From Mantamonas sphyraenae STR306 (taxonomy: Eukaryota > Protista > CRuMs): 64,000 nt of DNA. The number at the start of each line of letters is the position of its first letter. Positions within the stretch are counted from its first letter, which is position 1. Made by a program: the position numbers and the translations under genes. Location: positions 3,584 through 67,583 of the forward strand of contig JAPMXV010000048.1 in NCBI GenBank assembly GCA_026936335.1, given 5' to 3'. This document shows positions 13,011-24,757 of the stretch, one piece after another. The notes under the pieces were generated by a model. It did no database searches, was not told the DNA's origin, and saw nothing but the letters and a program-made list of their open reading frames with translations.

Positions 13011-14378
13011 TCACTGCAGCAAATGAAGGAGACAGAGCCAAGTGAGGAGGAGCAGGATCAAATGAACATGGTTGTGAGTTGCGTCGCTGGAAGTGGGTGC
13101 TGCCGTTGGAGTTGGGGTTGGGGTCGAGCTGTCCGGTGTGGGCGACGACGGCTCACTCTTGCCAACCACCGAGAGCGAGCAGTACCGGGTCGACGTGCTC
13201 GCATCCATGGTAAAGCCAAACACCACGATGGAGTCACCTGCAAGTGTCATGCCAGACACGTAGTGGTCTGGAGCCCAGGTTTTCCACCACTGGAACGAGC
13301 CGGTCGCGTCGTACCGCAGCACGGCCGAGATGGGCGTGGTTGTCGTGCCCTGCAGATACCAGGTTGCGTAGTACACTCCCGTGGAATCTACATCGACCAT
13401 TGCAGGTCGGGGGAACTGGTTGTCGATCGACGCATTGGTACGATGCCAGTTCAGTGTTCCAGCAAAATCTGTTTGGTACAGCGTGGCGCGCCACCCAGAG
13501 TTCTCGGCCTTGTAGGCGACAGTGTACAGCTTGCTAGACGCACTGTCTACAGCGATGCTCTGGGCGTCGTAGTCTACCATCGTTGCCCCTCCTGTGGGCG
13601 AAGACGAAGGGTAGGCCACGCTCTGGAGCACACCTGCAGACGACACTCGTGCCACAAACATCCGCGTCGCAAATCCAGACGGTTTCGGGTACCCTGGTAT
13701 GTTGGTGGATGCACCGCCCGCTGCAAAGATGTCTCCAGAGCTCGCATCGACGCCCACCTCGCGCACTTGGTCTTTGCTGTCGCCACTTCCAAACACCGTG
13801 GTCCACTTTACCGTGCCGTTCGACGCACGCCGTTGCACATACATCGTTACCGTGTTGGCTGTTGTGTTGGCGATGTGTCCAACCAGAACCAGGTCTGACG
13901 CTCCCCACGAAGCCATGCGCAGCCCACTCTGGCTCATGTCCGAATCCGCCATCTTCCACACCACCGTGCCGTTGGGCATGACGCGACTGAGTTCTGTCTG
14001 CCCGCTCGTCAGGGATGGGTTGGTGGAGATGCGACCAAGCACAAACACAGAGCCGTCCTGCAGCACCACGTCTGACCCGAATGACCGGAAGCGAACGCTC
14101 CACTCCGTCGTGCCGTTCAGGGCCATCTTGGCCAGGAAGCCGCGCGCAACTCCTGGTCCCGAGTATGAAAGCTGGTTGGCAAGCGTGGTGTATGCTGTGT
14201 CTACAACATACAGCGCCTGCGCACTGGCGTCCCAACGCACGCCCGAGCGTGTCACCGGAGACGAAGCAAGCCCAGAAAAGTGGTCGTTGCACCCGGGAAA
14301 GGTGTACGTCTGTACAGCCAGTGTGGGTGTCGCACACAGAAGCGTAATGGTCAAGATGAGAAGGAAGAAACGCGGCAT
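13011..14378 (-). CDS. Secreted beta-propeller (SBBP-like) surface protein 1, probable GPI anchor
   Basis: Signal peptide MPRFFLLILTITLLCATPTLA; repeated NGTxxW blades; P/T/S linker; hydrophobic C-terminal tail; intronless. Confidence 0.8.
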   Translation of the reverse strand: MPRFFLLILTITLLCATPTLAVQTYTFPGCNDHFSGLASSPVTRSGVRWDASAQALYVVDTAYTTLANQLSYSGPGVARGFLAKMALNGTTEWSVRFRSFGSDVVLQDGSVFVLGRISTNPSLTSGQTELSRVMPNGTVVWKMADSDMSQSGLRMASWGASDLVLVGHIANTTANTVTMYVQRRASNGTVKWTTVFGSGDSKDQVREVGVDASSGDIFAAGGASTNIPGYPKPSGFATRMFVARVSSAGVLQSVAYPSSSPTGGATMVDYDAQSIAVDSASSKLYTVAYKAENSGWRATLYQTDFAGTLNWHRTNASIDNQFPRPAMVDVDSTGVYYATWYLQGTTTTPISAVLRYDATGSFQWWKTWAPDHYVSGMTLAGDSIVVFGFTMDASTSTRYCSLSVVGKSEPSSPTPDSSTPTPTPTAAPTSSDATHNHVHLILLLLTWLCLLHLLQ

Positions 14379-15663
14379 CGCGGACGGGGTGGTTTTTTCG
14401 TGCTTGAAATTGCTGCGAGTTGCGCACGAGTCGTTCACGTCGCTTTCTACCCCTCTGACAGGGTGGCAATCGCCTCTTTGTTCCGTCCGTAGGTGCATGC
14501 TCTGCATGGTTGTGTTGGACATCCGTCTGTGGCCCTGTGTCCGGCTTGTCACGCAGTCGCAGGAGAAGCGGCTTGGTGTCAGGGCTTGCGCGGGTTTTGC
14601 CCTCCCAGGTCGCGTTGGAAGCCTGTTGCGCGGCGTTTCTGACCCGAAGATCGGTTAGAGGTTGGATCGAACACCTACAAGCAGCTTTCAGGTGTCACAG
14701 GTGTCTCTGATGGCCTACGGTGGAGCTTGGCAAGGTAGGGTCAATCTCCGACCAGTGCGATCTGGATGTGCAGGGTGCATCAGGCAAGATCCGCTGTGGC
14801 CGACTCCTTGGCTGCTCTTCCATGCCTGGTGTGAACTCTATTGGAGCGCACAGTTGTTAGCATTGGGAGCAGAGTTGGAGTCGACCGATCGATTCACGGT
14901 AGACGTGGTCCAATCGAGCCATGCGCAGTCCGGGTCGCGTTTGCTCATCTCAGGTTTCTCGTTTCGCCACCACCTCAGCTGTGCGGTCTACTTCAAGAAA
15001 TGGTATGGACAGCATTGGCTCCACAGGCGCCGGAGGTTGGTGCGTGAGGACCAACTTCGCCCAGTCGGCTCTTCTGGTGCAGGAGGCTCACCCATCCAAA
15101 GAACGATCCTTGGGATCTCCCAAACCCATGGGTTGCTTCATACAGACGGTGGTATGGACCGTGACCATTTGAGGGACAGGCTCGGTGGGCACGTTTGATT
15201 GCCGTTGTGCAAAAGGGAATCTGACCAGGCTGGGATGGTGTGAGGATGTCGCTTTGCTCTGCCCACCGAAAACCGTGCAATGCAGAAGCTACAACTGTCG
15301 TTGCACCCACAGCAAAGTGAGATCCATCTGGAGAGGGTATCCAAAGCAAGGGCACAGCCGACACACGATGACGAATCACTTGCCGAAACAACCCCTCCAA
15401 GGAGCCCAGACAGCACTTTGAGAGTCGCAGACAACGGCTGCACTGTGCTCACAATCATTCTATCACTCCAGTCACTCCTGGTGTTACTCCAGGTCACACA
15501 TTCTGCGCACAGCTTGGAGGTGGATATTGTACGATATTGCGCGATTTTGTACAAACCCATCCTTCTTGGGATACTCTCGTTTTCTCGTTTTGCGTATACC
15601 GACTGGATATCTCAGAGGACGAGGGATCAAAGTGGACAGGGTAAGCAACGATTTTACGTGTCT

Positions 15664-17086
15664 TTACCACGTGCCTTGCATGTGGGCAAGCGCCGCAGAG
15701 GCCATCAGCATGACGAGCAGCGCACCGGCCGTTGGGCCACTCGCATTCTGGGACGAAGCGCTCGCACTGGGAGAGGTTGTGGCTGTGGGCGTCGGGGTCG
15801 GTGTGGCAGATGCACCAGGAGTCGGAGATGCGGACGGACTGGGACTGGGCGCATACTCAGTCGTAAACATGTCGCTTTTGCCAGCGCTCTGGAATCCAAC
15901 TGCAATGAACTGATCCACCTTGCCTGTCACCATCAGCGCCCCGTCGGACAGGAATCGAGTGTTGTAAGGAGTCGGTGTAGTGTCCCATCGGGATGCCAAG
16001 ATCACGGTCCCGTTGGGATCCATCTCGATCAGCGCGCGTTTGAAGGGAAGGTTGTTGTCTGGGATGGTTCCTGCATAGTACAGCTTGCCATGGTGGGCAA
16101 CCAGGTTAGTGTCTGCTTGGATGACCCCGTTCACTTGAGTGGATGACACAAACGTGCCATTCGTGTGGTGGCGCATCAACAAGGGTTTGGACACGGGACT
16201 GCCCTGGTTGCCAATCGTGTACAACAGACCATCCGAGAGAAGCACCATGCCTCTGGGAAGTACAGGTGTCGTGTAGTTGCTCTGCCACACCCACTCGCGG
16301 TTGCCTTGCGGGTCAAGCTTCATCAGAAAGCCGTGGTTGGCGTTGCTGTACGTTCTGTTCTGGTTCGTGATGTCTCCGCTGGTGCGTCCGCCTACGTAGA
16401 TTGCGTTGTTGATGATCTCCATCGTCCACACGCTCTCACTCTGGCTGTTGCCCATGTAGGGGGTGCTGTAGAACTGCCTGGACCACAGGATCTCCCCGTT
16501 CTGGTCCAGTTTTCACCACCAACACGTCTTGCAGGTTAGGATTGCCACTTGTCATGTTCATGAACGAACCAAACACGCTGCCAGCAACGTAGATGTTGCC
16601 CGAGGCGTCCATCGCTGCGACGTCTGCGTAGTCCGTTGCTTCGACTCCGAACTGCTTGTTCCACAGAATGGTGCCCGTCGGAGAGAGCTTGCTCACCACC
16701 AAGTCTCGATCGCCTTTTAGCGTGAAGCCAGGCAAGGAGCCTCGTGTTTGGCCAAACACATACAGGTTGTCTTGCGAATCTACCACTGCACTGACGAGCT
16801 CATCTTCTCTGTCAGTGCCCCACTGCCTGCTCCACACACGTGTCCCGTTACGGAACATGCGTGTCACGTAAAAGTCGGCGTCGCCAGCATTTGTGTAGCC
16901 ATCCAGGCTGCTTTTGGTCCAGCCCGAGATGAACACGCTTCCGTCGCTTGCTTCGTTCACACAACGAGCGTAGTCGTCCTCAGGTCCGCCCCATTGAGCG
17001 TTTGTCACTGTCTGACGGGATGGTCCAGCAAGTAGGATGAGAGTCGCTGCCAGAGACACGATAGAGAGTAGAGATGCCTTGGTCAT
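15664..17086 (-). CDS. Secreted SBBP beta-propeller surface protein 2, left copy (probable sequencing frameshift ~16510)
   Basis: Two ORFs here correspond to the single ORF 43247-44668. Confidence 0.8.
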
Positions 17087-18101
17087 CGTGCGCGGTGTGT
17101 TTTGAAAATTGCCCAACCCGGCGCACTGAGGCCAATCAACATGCATGTGGATACATGGCATAGTATGCAGTGATCTGGTATTCTCTCACCGATAACCACG
17201 TTGGACCGTCGCTGTGGCCACAGCGCTGTGGTCTTTCGATCCCGTCAAGCTGGTTTTACCCTCTTTCCAGGTTGGCGTATGCTCGTTCTGCACTGTTAAA
17301 CACGCTGGGAGTGGTTGATATCTCCATTTGGTCTCCTAGCAGACGGTTCGAAGAGTCAGCCAGTACAGAGCGAGAGGTTGACCCGGTGTTGTTCACCAAA
17401 TGCTCCCAAGCGGCGTTGCAACTTGGTGACGCATCCGAGACGGATATCCATCGGTGCAAACACTTCCAGCAACGTCGTTTCTGCACCTACACACTATTGA
17501 ACCTGTGAGCTGGCTGGCTTCACAATTTCTGCTGCTGCGTGCATTCGAATCTCTGCCAGCGGGCTGGACACACTAAACACAGGCCGGAGTGAGGTGAGTG
17601 GTGAGTTTCCCATCACAACACGCATCGGCCGAGTACATGTCAACGGAGAAGGTGCGGTTGCGGAACACCATGCAATGTGGTCCCAAAGTGTTGCTGGTGA
17701 CGTGGGCGCTTCATTTTTTGAGGTCGGGAAATTGGTCACCCCAAAGGGTGACTGTCGCTACGGGTGGCTTCAACGCAGACATCTCGCCATATGTTTGGTG
17801 TTTGATGGCTCCGATGGAACCGGTGAGTTGTGCTGTAGTTCTTGTTGCGTTTCTCAGGTGTGTCGTTCCTCGCACACGATCAGCCCACTGTGCTCTCATG
17901 GCATGTGCTTTCTATGGATTGAGAGGGTGAGCACAGCCCATACAAGGCAGAATCACCATCGAAAACGGGGTTTGGGTGTGGCCATTTCTTCCTCCAAATC
18001 AATGGGTGGGCAGACTCGTGCATTTGGATAAAATCGTAGAATTGTGTTCAAACACCACGAGGAACACCTTTCGAAAGAAACTTCGTCAGCCATGCTGCCG
18101 A

Positions 18102-19019
18102 TCATGGGTCCTTGGACACTGAGATGGATTCGTGCGCACTCTGTGTACACTCTTGGACCAGCTCATCCCACAGACTCATCACCAGGTTGATGTGCAGCGT
18201 GTACGCCGTTGACTTCTGCACAGCCTCCGTGTGCGTCAGCGCAATGTTTACCACTTCCTGCAGAACCTGTGTGTCCACAAACTCTATCTTGGCCAGATGT
18301 GTCGCCATCACACGACCCAGTTGATCCGAGGCGACCACAATTCCAACCGACACCACCTCCTGCAGAAGAGCACGCATCAGATCGATTGCCGACGTCCCTT
18401 CATGCACTGTGATCGCGGTAGACAGGGACACAGCCAGCCATCCTTGCAGCGTTTCATCCACCGTTGGCGTCACGACAACCTCCACATCCATCGTGTCGAG
18501 GCTGGACGTTTCGGCTGCCACGCAAAGTGTGTCCGATACACCTTCCCATGTGCACGGGCGCGGTGCGTTGCTTCGAGCAAAAGCCGCCATCTCCTGGAGA
18601 AGAAGCCCTGCGCCGTCTTGGTTGGCTTGCGTGATGGCGCCAAAATCGAGGATGCGTCTGACGAACGACTTTACGCGTTCACGCGGCTCTGTGTGGCTCC
18701 ACACCATCTCTCGTTCAGGTGAGATAGTCCAAGTATGTCGTGAGCGAGACGCAAACGTGCAATGGAATGCAGGAGGGCGTGGTACCACGGTGTACATGTG
18801 GTTCATGAGCTCCTCCCGTGTTTCCTCATCCACTCCCGGATTGCTCAGGTACTCCACCAGGTGCTCCATCTGGTCATCCAGGATGAACTGAAAGATGGGT
18901 TCATCCTGCACACGCGAGCGCTTGAGAGGCTGTCTTTCCTGGGCGTGTGCGGACGGCTGATCTTGCGTTGCTTCTGCATCGTCCAGGTCGCGCTTGCCGT
19001 GTGAGCCTTGCCGCGACAT
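18102..19019 (-). CDS. Hypothetical protein (~305 aa) with N-terminal NLS-like motif
   Basis: ORF intact in both copies; MSRQGSHGKR...PLKRSRVQ followed by a globular-looking region. Confidence 0.65.
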   Translation of the reverse strand: MSRQGSHGKRDLDDAEATQDQPSAHAQERQPLKRSRVQDEPIFQFILDDQMEHLVEYLSNPGVDEETREELMNHMYTVVPRPPAFHCTFASRSRHTWTISPEREMVWSHTEPRERVKSFVRRILDFGAITQANQDGAGLLLQEMAAFARSNAPRPCTWEGVSDTLCVAAETSSLDTMDVEVVVTPTVDETLQGWLAVSLSTAITVHEGTSAIDLMRALLQEVVSVGIVVASDQLGRVMATHLAKIEFVDTQVLQEVVNIALTHTEAVQKSTAYTLHINLVMSLWDELVQECTQSAHESISVSKDP

Positions 19020-19068
19020 CTTGAAATACCACCGTTGTTGTGTTGCATGCACAAGCGCTGCTGGTCCC

Positions 19069-20683
19069 TCACCTGTCGCTCGTCATTGTGTGAAGATGTG
19101 CTGTGGTCCGTGTGGTCGAGTGAACTTCCAGTTCCCACACCCTGCGTGAGCCCACCGTGTCGTGTGGGGAGCCAAGATCCGAGTAAAAATGGCACTGTGG
19201 CGTGAGGCTGTGTACCACCAGACACACAATCCCCTTGTACGTCAGGCCCATTGCTGCCGTGACGACTTGGGTGTAGTTGACACGTCCTTTGGGTGCGTGT
19301 GCACACACGAGGTACATCGTTGGGGCGGCAATGGCGGTTGATGTCTCAGATTCCTTCAGAAGCTCGGCGGCGGTGGAGAGTACGCAGCAGTGCCCCTCAT
19401 ACCGCTTGGTGAGGAAGCAGGCCAGCGATTCAAACAAACGAACGTGTGTTTTGGAACTCACCACCAGCAATCGCTTGGCCATGCGGCTTTCGTACAATGC
19501 AGCCAGTTGAAGTGTCACGTAGGATCCCAAGCGAGTCAGGTGGACCTGCTCCAGCCGTTGAGTGTGAGGGGCGTCCCCGATGTCCTGTTCGCCAGACGTG
19601 TCGCCCTCGCAGTAGTCCCAGGTCAACTCTTCGCCAGCAGCGATGTCGCGCTGTGTCACTAGCCACCCTTCGCCGTCCTGCTCGATCATCGCGCAGTTGG
19701 GGGCTGCGCTGCTGTTCAGGAACGGAGCCAAACCCGGAACTGGACGGACCACATCGCCGCTCTCTCTCAATGTGAGCAGCAGCAGCGGTTTGTCTTGGTT
19801 CTTTGATACTTGTTCATCATCGTCCAGCGCAGCCACCTGCTCGTCGGACAACACGTGCCCTCGGTACGGCATCAGCGTTGTCCCTTGGACGAGTGCGTGT
19901 GCTGCCAACACATGCAGTCCCTTTGTTCGTGTGTAGGCCAGTGCCAGGTGTTTCCTCACCGACTGGCACACACCCAACCACGTCGTGTCGCTGTCGTCCT
20001 CACTGCACTGTGCGGTGCGGAGCGGGACAATTGTTGGCTCTTCCAGCAGGCCCAGCACCTGCGTCTGGCACGTAAACACATCCACCCCTTCTTCACGTAG
20101 AGCGTCATACACAATTCTGAGTCGGAGGGTGATTTGACGGGCACGGGCGGCTCCCACACGGTCTTGCAACCAGGCTAGAAACCAAGTCAACGCGGCAGGC
20201 GAGGCCAAGCAGGGAAACGGAGCCAGTCTGACGCCTCCGTACACCCAACACGCCCACAAACATCTCTGCTGCAGACTTGCTGGATAGTAAAGGGATAGAG
20301 TGGGTCGCAGAGAGCCGAGCAAGGTCATCGTGGGTGTCGAGGAGGGTGGCAAGTGCTGCAGTTGTGTTGGACACGCGCGACCATGCGAAACGTGCAAGGT
20401 GGCTGCACACTGCGTCTATGCTCAGGTGTCCATGCACAGCGAGGGTCACCAACGACGTCACAAGGTGTCCGACATACAAGGTGCCTGCCAAGAACTCGCG
20501 CTTTTGGTACGCGCGCGCGCGGAGTGAGTTCACACCACGCGTCAGCTCGGGTAGGTACTCGACACGCTGCCGTTTGATGGCAGGTGAGGTAGGAGTAGAT
20601 GTCGACCCCCTGCGGCGTTTGGCATGGGACATGAGTTGGCGGATGAGGCGCACAGTGCTACTTGCTACTTGGGAGGGCGACAT
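19069..20683 (-). CDS. SET-domain protein, left copy (probable sequencing frameshift ~20255)
   Basis: Same as 39653-41266. Confidence 0.8.
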
Positions 20684-21071
20684 GTCAGTGTTTGAGCGAA
20701 ATGGGGGGTTTGCGTACAAACGAAACCGTCTCTTGCACGGCTTGCTCAGACGAAACAGGCACCCTGGTTGGGGAGAAGTTTGCACAAATCCGGGTGAGTT
20801 CGGGACTGCCTGTTTGGATGAAGTTGGCAGTGTTCATCGATCCACCCACGGACACAGAGATCTTGTTCACCGATCGCTCGAGCGAGGATGCCTGGATAGG
20901 AGGGTGTCCAGAAACAGTGCCAGATAGATGCAGAGTACTAAAACACTGGTCACTTGAACCAATGGGCCCAGGTTGTTGTCTCTTGGCTTGTTTGGGTGGG
21001 GTGGGATCTGGCGAACAAAATGGCGCAATTTTGGTGTTTTGCCAGGCCGCGAGCGTCCAAGCAAACCGACA

Positions 21072-23925
21072 ATGTCTGTGCGTGACACCGTGTCAACCAT
21101 AGAGTCGTCAGAGAGTTTGGGCATGGACTCGTTCAACGGAGAGGTCACCGTCGCCTCACCTTTGCAAAGAGTCACGCGGCTCCAACGCAAGCGGACCCTC
21201 TCGACCAGCTCAGACGGCTCCAGTGCAAGCAGCGCAAGCAGCGAGACGCAGACGAGCTCGCGCACTCGCACATCGCATGAAACACATGCAGAGAAGCGGC
21301 AGCGTGTGGAGTCAACAACGTTGGGGGGAGAGGGAGAGGAAGAGCAGGAAGAGCAGGAAGAAGTGGTCGAAAGTGGGTTGCGTTTTGTGCTGATCACCCT
21401 TTGTTTTCGGGCGTCGACGCTGACACCTGGTCGCACAAAGGCACACCTACCGTTGCTGTGAGTCAGGACGATACCCAGACTGGTGCAACACATGATGCGC
21501 TCACCGAACAGGCAGTTGAGGAAGCAGGGGAAGAGGTGTCGGCGAGCACGATGGACGTTGAGGAGATGGCGAAGAGCGACGGCGGTGGAGACAAAGGGGG
21601 CGCCGTCCAGCACTCGTCGGTACAGACACCTTCTACAACTGGATCACAGGAGGAGGGTAGAGGTGTTACGTCTCCCACTGTGTTCACCGTAGAGGATGAG
21701 GAGGAGGAGGAAGGGGACGTGACCCCCTCGCAAACAAGCGCAGGCTCCATGGCGGTCGGTAAGTTCTGCCCAAAAGGGGTAGGGGGCAGCGGTATAAAGG
21801 CCTGACGCGGATGCTTTTGGGTACAGAGCCAGCAAGCGAGCCAAACCTGAGCTCTGACGCTGCAGAGACTCTGGACGAGGTGAGCCCTTTGGACGCCTTG
21901 TCCGACGTTGATGAGGACGACGGGGGCGACGAGGATGTGGAAGTGAGAGCACGGATTGCACACATCAGGCAAAGAAGAGCCACGGGAGAGGAATCTCCCT
22001 TTGAGCGAGTTCGTCAGCGGTTTGCCGAGATCAAAAAGGCGCTGAACGCAGATCGACAGCGTTGGAGGACAGCGGCCGGTCGTCAGGACAGCCAGGTCCA
22101 CGCAGAGGCAACAAAAGGTACAGTGGACTTGCTCAAGCAACTGGCTCCAGTGTCCATTGACCGAGACGAAGTGTGGCGCTTCGCCATCGGACAAGAACAA
22201 GCGGTGGACATCTGGCACTACGAATGGTACACCACGACAAACCCGTACGCTATGAGCAACCTAAAAGACCTCTGGTGCGTGTTTGTGCTGGGTGCAACCG
22301 AGGAGGAGCTGCAGGCAGTGCCCGAGGCTCAATGGCGCGACATGGTGGCCAAAACGGACAACCTGGATACAGTGTTGGGCCTGTACTTGCGCACAGAGTG
22401 TGTAGCTCCATCAGAAACACCCCTGCGACGCGTAGCCACCAAAGCCCTGGGATTGAACACGACGTACAGCCTGGCCGAGTTTGTCATCAAGCAGAGGTTG
22501 GCGCGTGGTCAAGGGGTGGCGGGAGGAGGAGACGAGACACAGTACGATGATTCTGAGGGAGGTGGCAGACGAGGGAGTCGTCGATCGGGACAGGCATCGG
22601 AACGAGAACAACGTGGCGAAAGTTCCGAGTCACTCGAGTTTTCTGATTTGCACATGCGCTTCATCGACCAATGGGGCGCTGACGATATGGCACGGATGAT
22701 TCGTCACATGTCGTTTAATCATGTCTGTACGCACTACAAGGGAGACACTGCGAGGCACAACACCGTGGCGGGAAGTCCGGTCCAGATGATTCGGCGTTTC
22801 GTCTTGGGGTTCAAGACACCCCAGATCAAGCAGCTGTACGCCACTGGGTTTGGCAAGCGCACCAAGGGGTCGCCGTCCTTTGCCATGGTCTCATCGTCGT
22901 CGTCGTCGTCGTCGAGCTCAGCAGTCGATCGTCTGGACGCCCACATCTCTGCGGTGCAGTTGCTCATGGAGGCCATGTGGCACTGTATGGGTTTTTGGAC
23001 AGAGCTGTGCAGCATGGTTCATTCTCTGGCTGCGCCCAATTCCAACCCACAGTCGCCTTTTCGTCTGCTGGCCCAGAACGTGGCCCGCGATATCGTTTAC
23101 ATGGACGAGGACAACCGCCGACACATCACAAACCACAAAGCCGTCATTTTGCAGTTTGTGCACCTGTGGCTGCCCGTGGAGGAGTACCCTCTTTTTCTCG
23201 AGTTTCACCGACTCGGTGCGCTGACGCTGATCCACGAGGGTGTTTCCTACCGCGCGTACGGTGATTTGCTCGAGCTGGCTCGAATCAACACCAAGGATGA
23301 CTTTGCGGCAAAGATGGACATGCTGGTGGGCAGAGTGACCGTCAAGCGCTGTGTCGGAGTGCAGTATGGAGGGGGTGAGTCAGACTTGGTCGAGCTGGGA
23401 GGTGACGATGACATCAACCAGGCTATCAAAGACATCAAACAAGCCAAATCCTTTCCGGGGGCACAGGTCACTCACGAGGGTGCCATGGCGTTGCATCCCC
23501 TGGGCAACTGCGTGTTCAATCGGGCAGTCAAGACGGATCTGTGGGCGGTCGAGGAGAACGGGCTCAGCTGGGAGCAAAAGGTCGTGTTTGGGTATGTGCG
23601 CAATAGGCTTCGTGCTGCTGGGTTTCCGGTGGAGGAGCTGAGGAACGAGGAGAACGATGAAGAAGACCTCAAGGACTATGCGTGGTGGCTGGAACGAGCG
23701 GGGGAACCAAAGTGGGCAGACCTGCCGAATGGGTGCAAGAGAACGCTCAAGGGGTGGTTGATGGCATGCAATCGGCTGGTGGAGGGTGATATGGTCCATA
23801 GGGAGGCGGGTGAGGTGGTTCAGAGGATCGGGTGGGACGCCGTGCACCAAACCTACGCCCCACTGCTCTGGTTCGTTGTCAATGCGGTGGGGTGTCAGCA
23901 AGCGCGCGCGTGGGTAGCAGGGTGA
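21072..23925 (+). CDS. Orphan ~905 aa protein, three exons (21072-21372, 21441-21758, 21827-23925)
   Basis: Two 68 nt phase-1 introns (GTGGGT..CTGAC..AAG; GTAAGT..CTGAC..CAG) join the 162, 134 and 704 aa ORFs in frame; acidic disordered N-terminus with RKR and KRQRVE. Confidence 0.75.
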
Positions 23926-24757
23926 GGGGGTGCTATTTGTGTGACATCATCAAGGAAAGAGCACAAACCAGGACGACTGTTTACACACCGCCTTGCTCTT
24001 GTCGTGTACCCAGGTGCCGCTCTTGGCTGCAGTATGCAGTGCACATGTGCTTGCACCACACCCGCCCCATTCTGGGTCGCTGCCAACACCCACCATCCAG
24101 CAGTATTACCCATATGCTCAAAACTGTCCATTCTCAGCACCATCGCACTCCGTCGCACCGCCACCGCTTCTTCGACTAGCCTTTGCGCACAACGTTATCC
24201 TGCTTGTAATTTGGCCTTCGTCACGCGCGACTACGACGACCACCTCACCACCACCACGATGGACACGTGCTGGAGCAGCAACTCTCCCAGTGACGAGCGT
24301 GGCAGCTGCACGGCGCGGGAGTTCCAGACGCTGCTGGCACTCATCAAAGCACGCACCCTGGCCGTCACCATGCACACGAACACCAAGCAATGCGTGAGCT
24401 GATCAACAACAGTGACCTGATGTCCCTGCTGGGGAAGACACGAAAGAGCAGAGGCAGTCATACACAACACATTGGCAGCGGCAGATGCAACACACGACCA
24501 CGGAAGAGCACAAGCAGGCATGAACAAAAGCATGGGTGGTGGGGGTGGCAAGGAGCGCATTGGCCCTGGCATCACCCTGTGGTTTGCATTGTGCAATGAA
24601 CGGGATTTTCGATGCTTGACGAGTCCATGGTTGCGGGTGGCAACTAGCCACACACACACGGGTGCCCAGTAAACAACCCAACGCCTTCGCCTGACACTAG
24701 GGAAGCATGTTGTCGCATCCCGTTTTGAAAAGACGACACACTCTACACTCTTCACCT

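Larger units (their letters stand above)
1..23918. repeat. Left arm of giant inverted repeat (truncated at window start)
   Basis: ORF track mirrors 36418-60346 on the opposite strand (coordinate sums ~60332-60336); identity ends at ...GCGCGCGCGTGGGTAGC (23918). The first ~80 bp are deletion-rich relative to the other copy, like a low-coverage contig end. Confidence 0.97.

Noticed and set aside
3883-20683. Left-arm genes as true pseudogenes
   Set aside because: Breaks are single-base indels in homopolymer or low-complexity tracts with almost no substitutions, typical of long-read consensus error; needs polishing to confirm.
23790-23860. Tyrosine recombinase C-terminal motif (QRIGWDAVHQTY) in the terminal gene
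   Set aside because: W-Y spacing is too short and there is no upstream HxxR; not enough to call.
24230-24672. Possible gene just inside the left junction
   Set aside because: Only short overlapping ORFs with no recognisable domain or consistent splice model.
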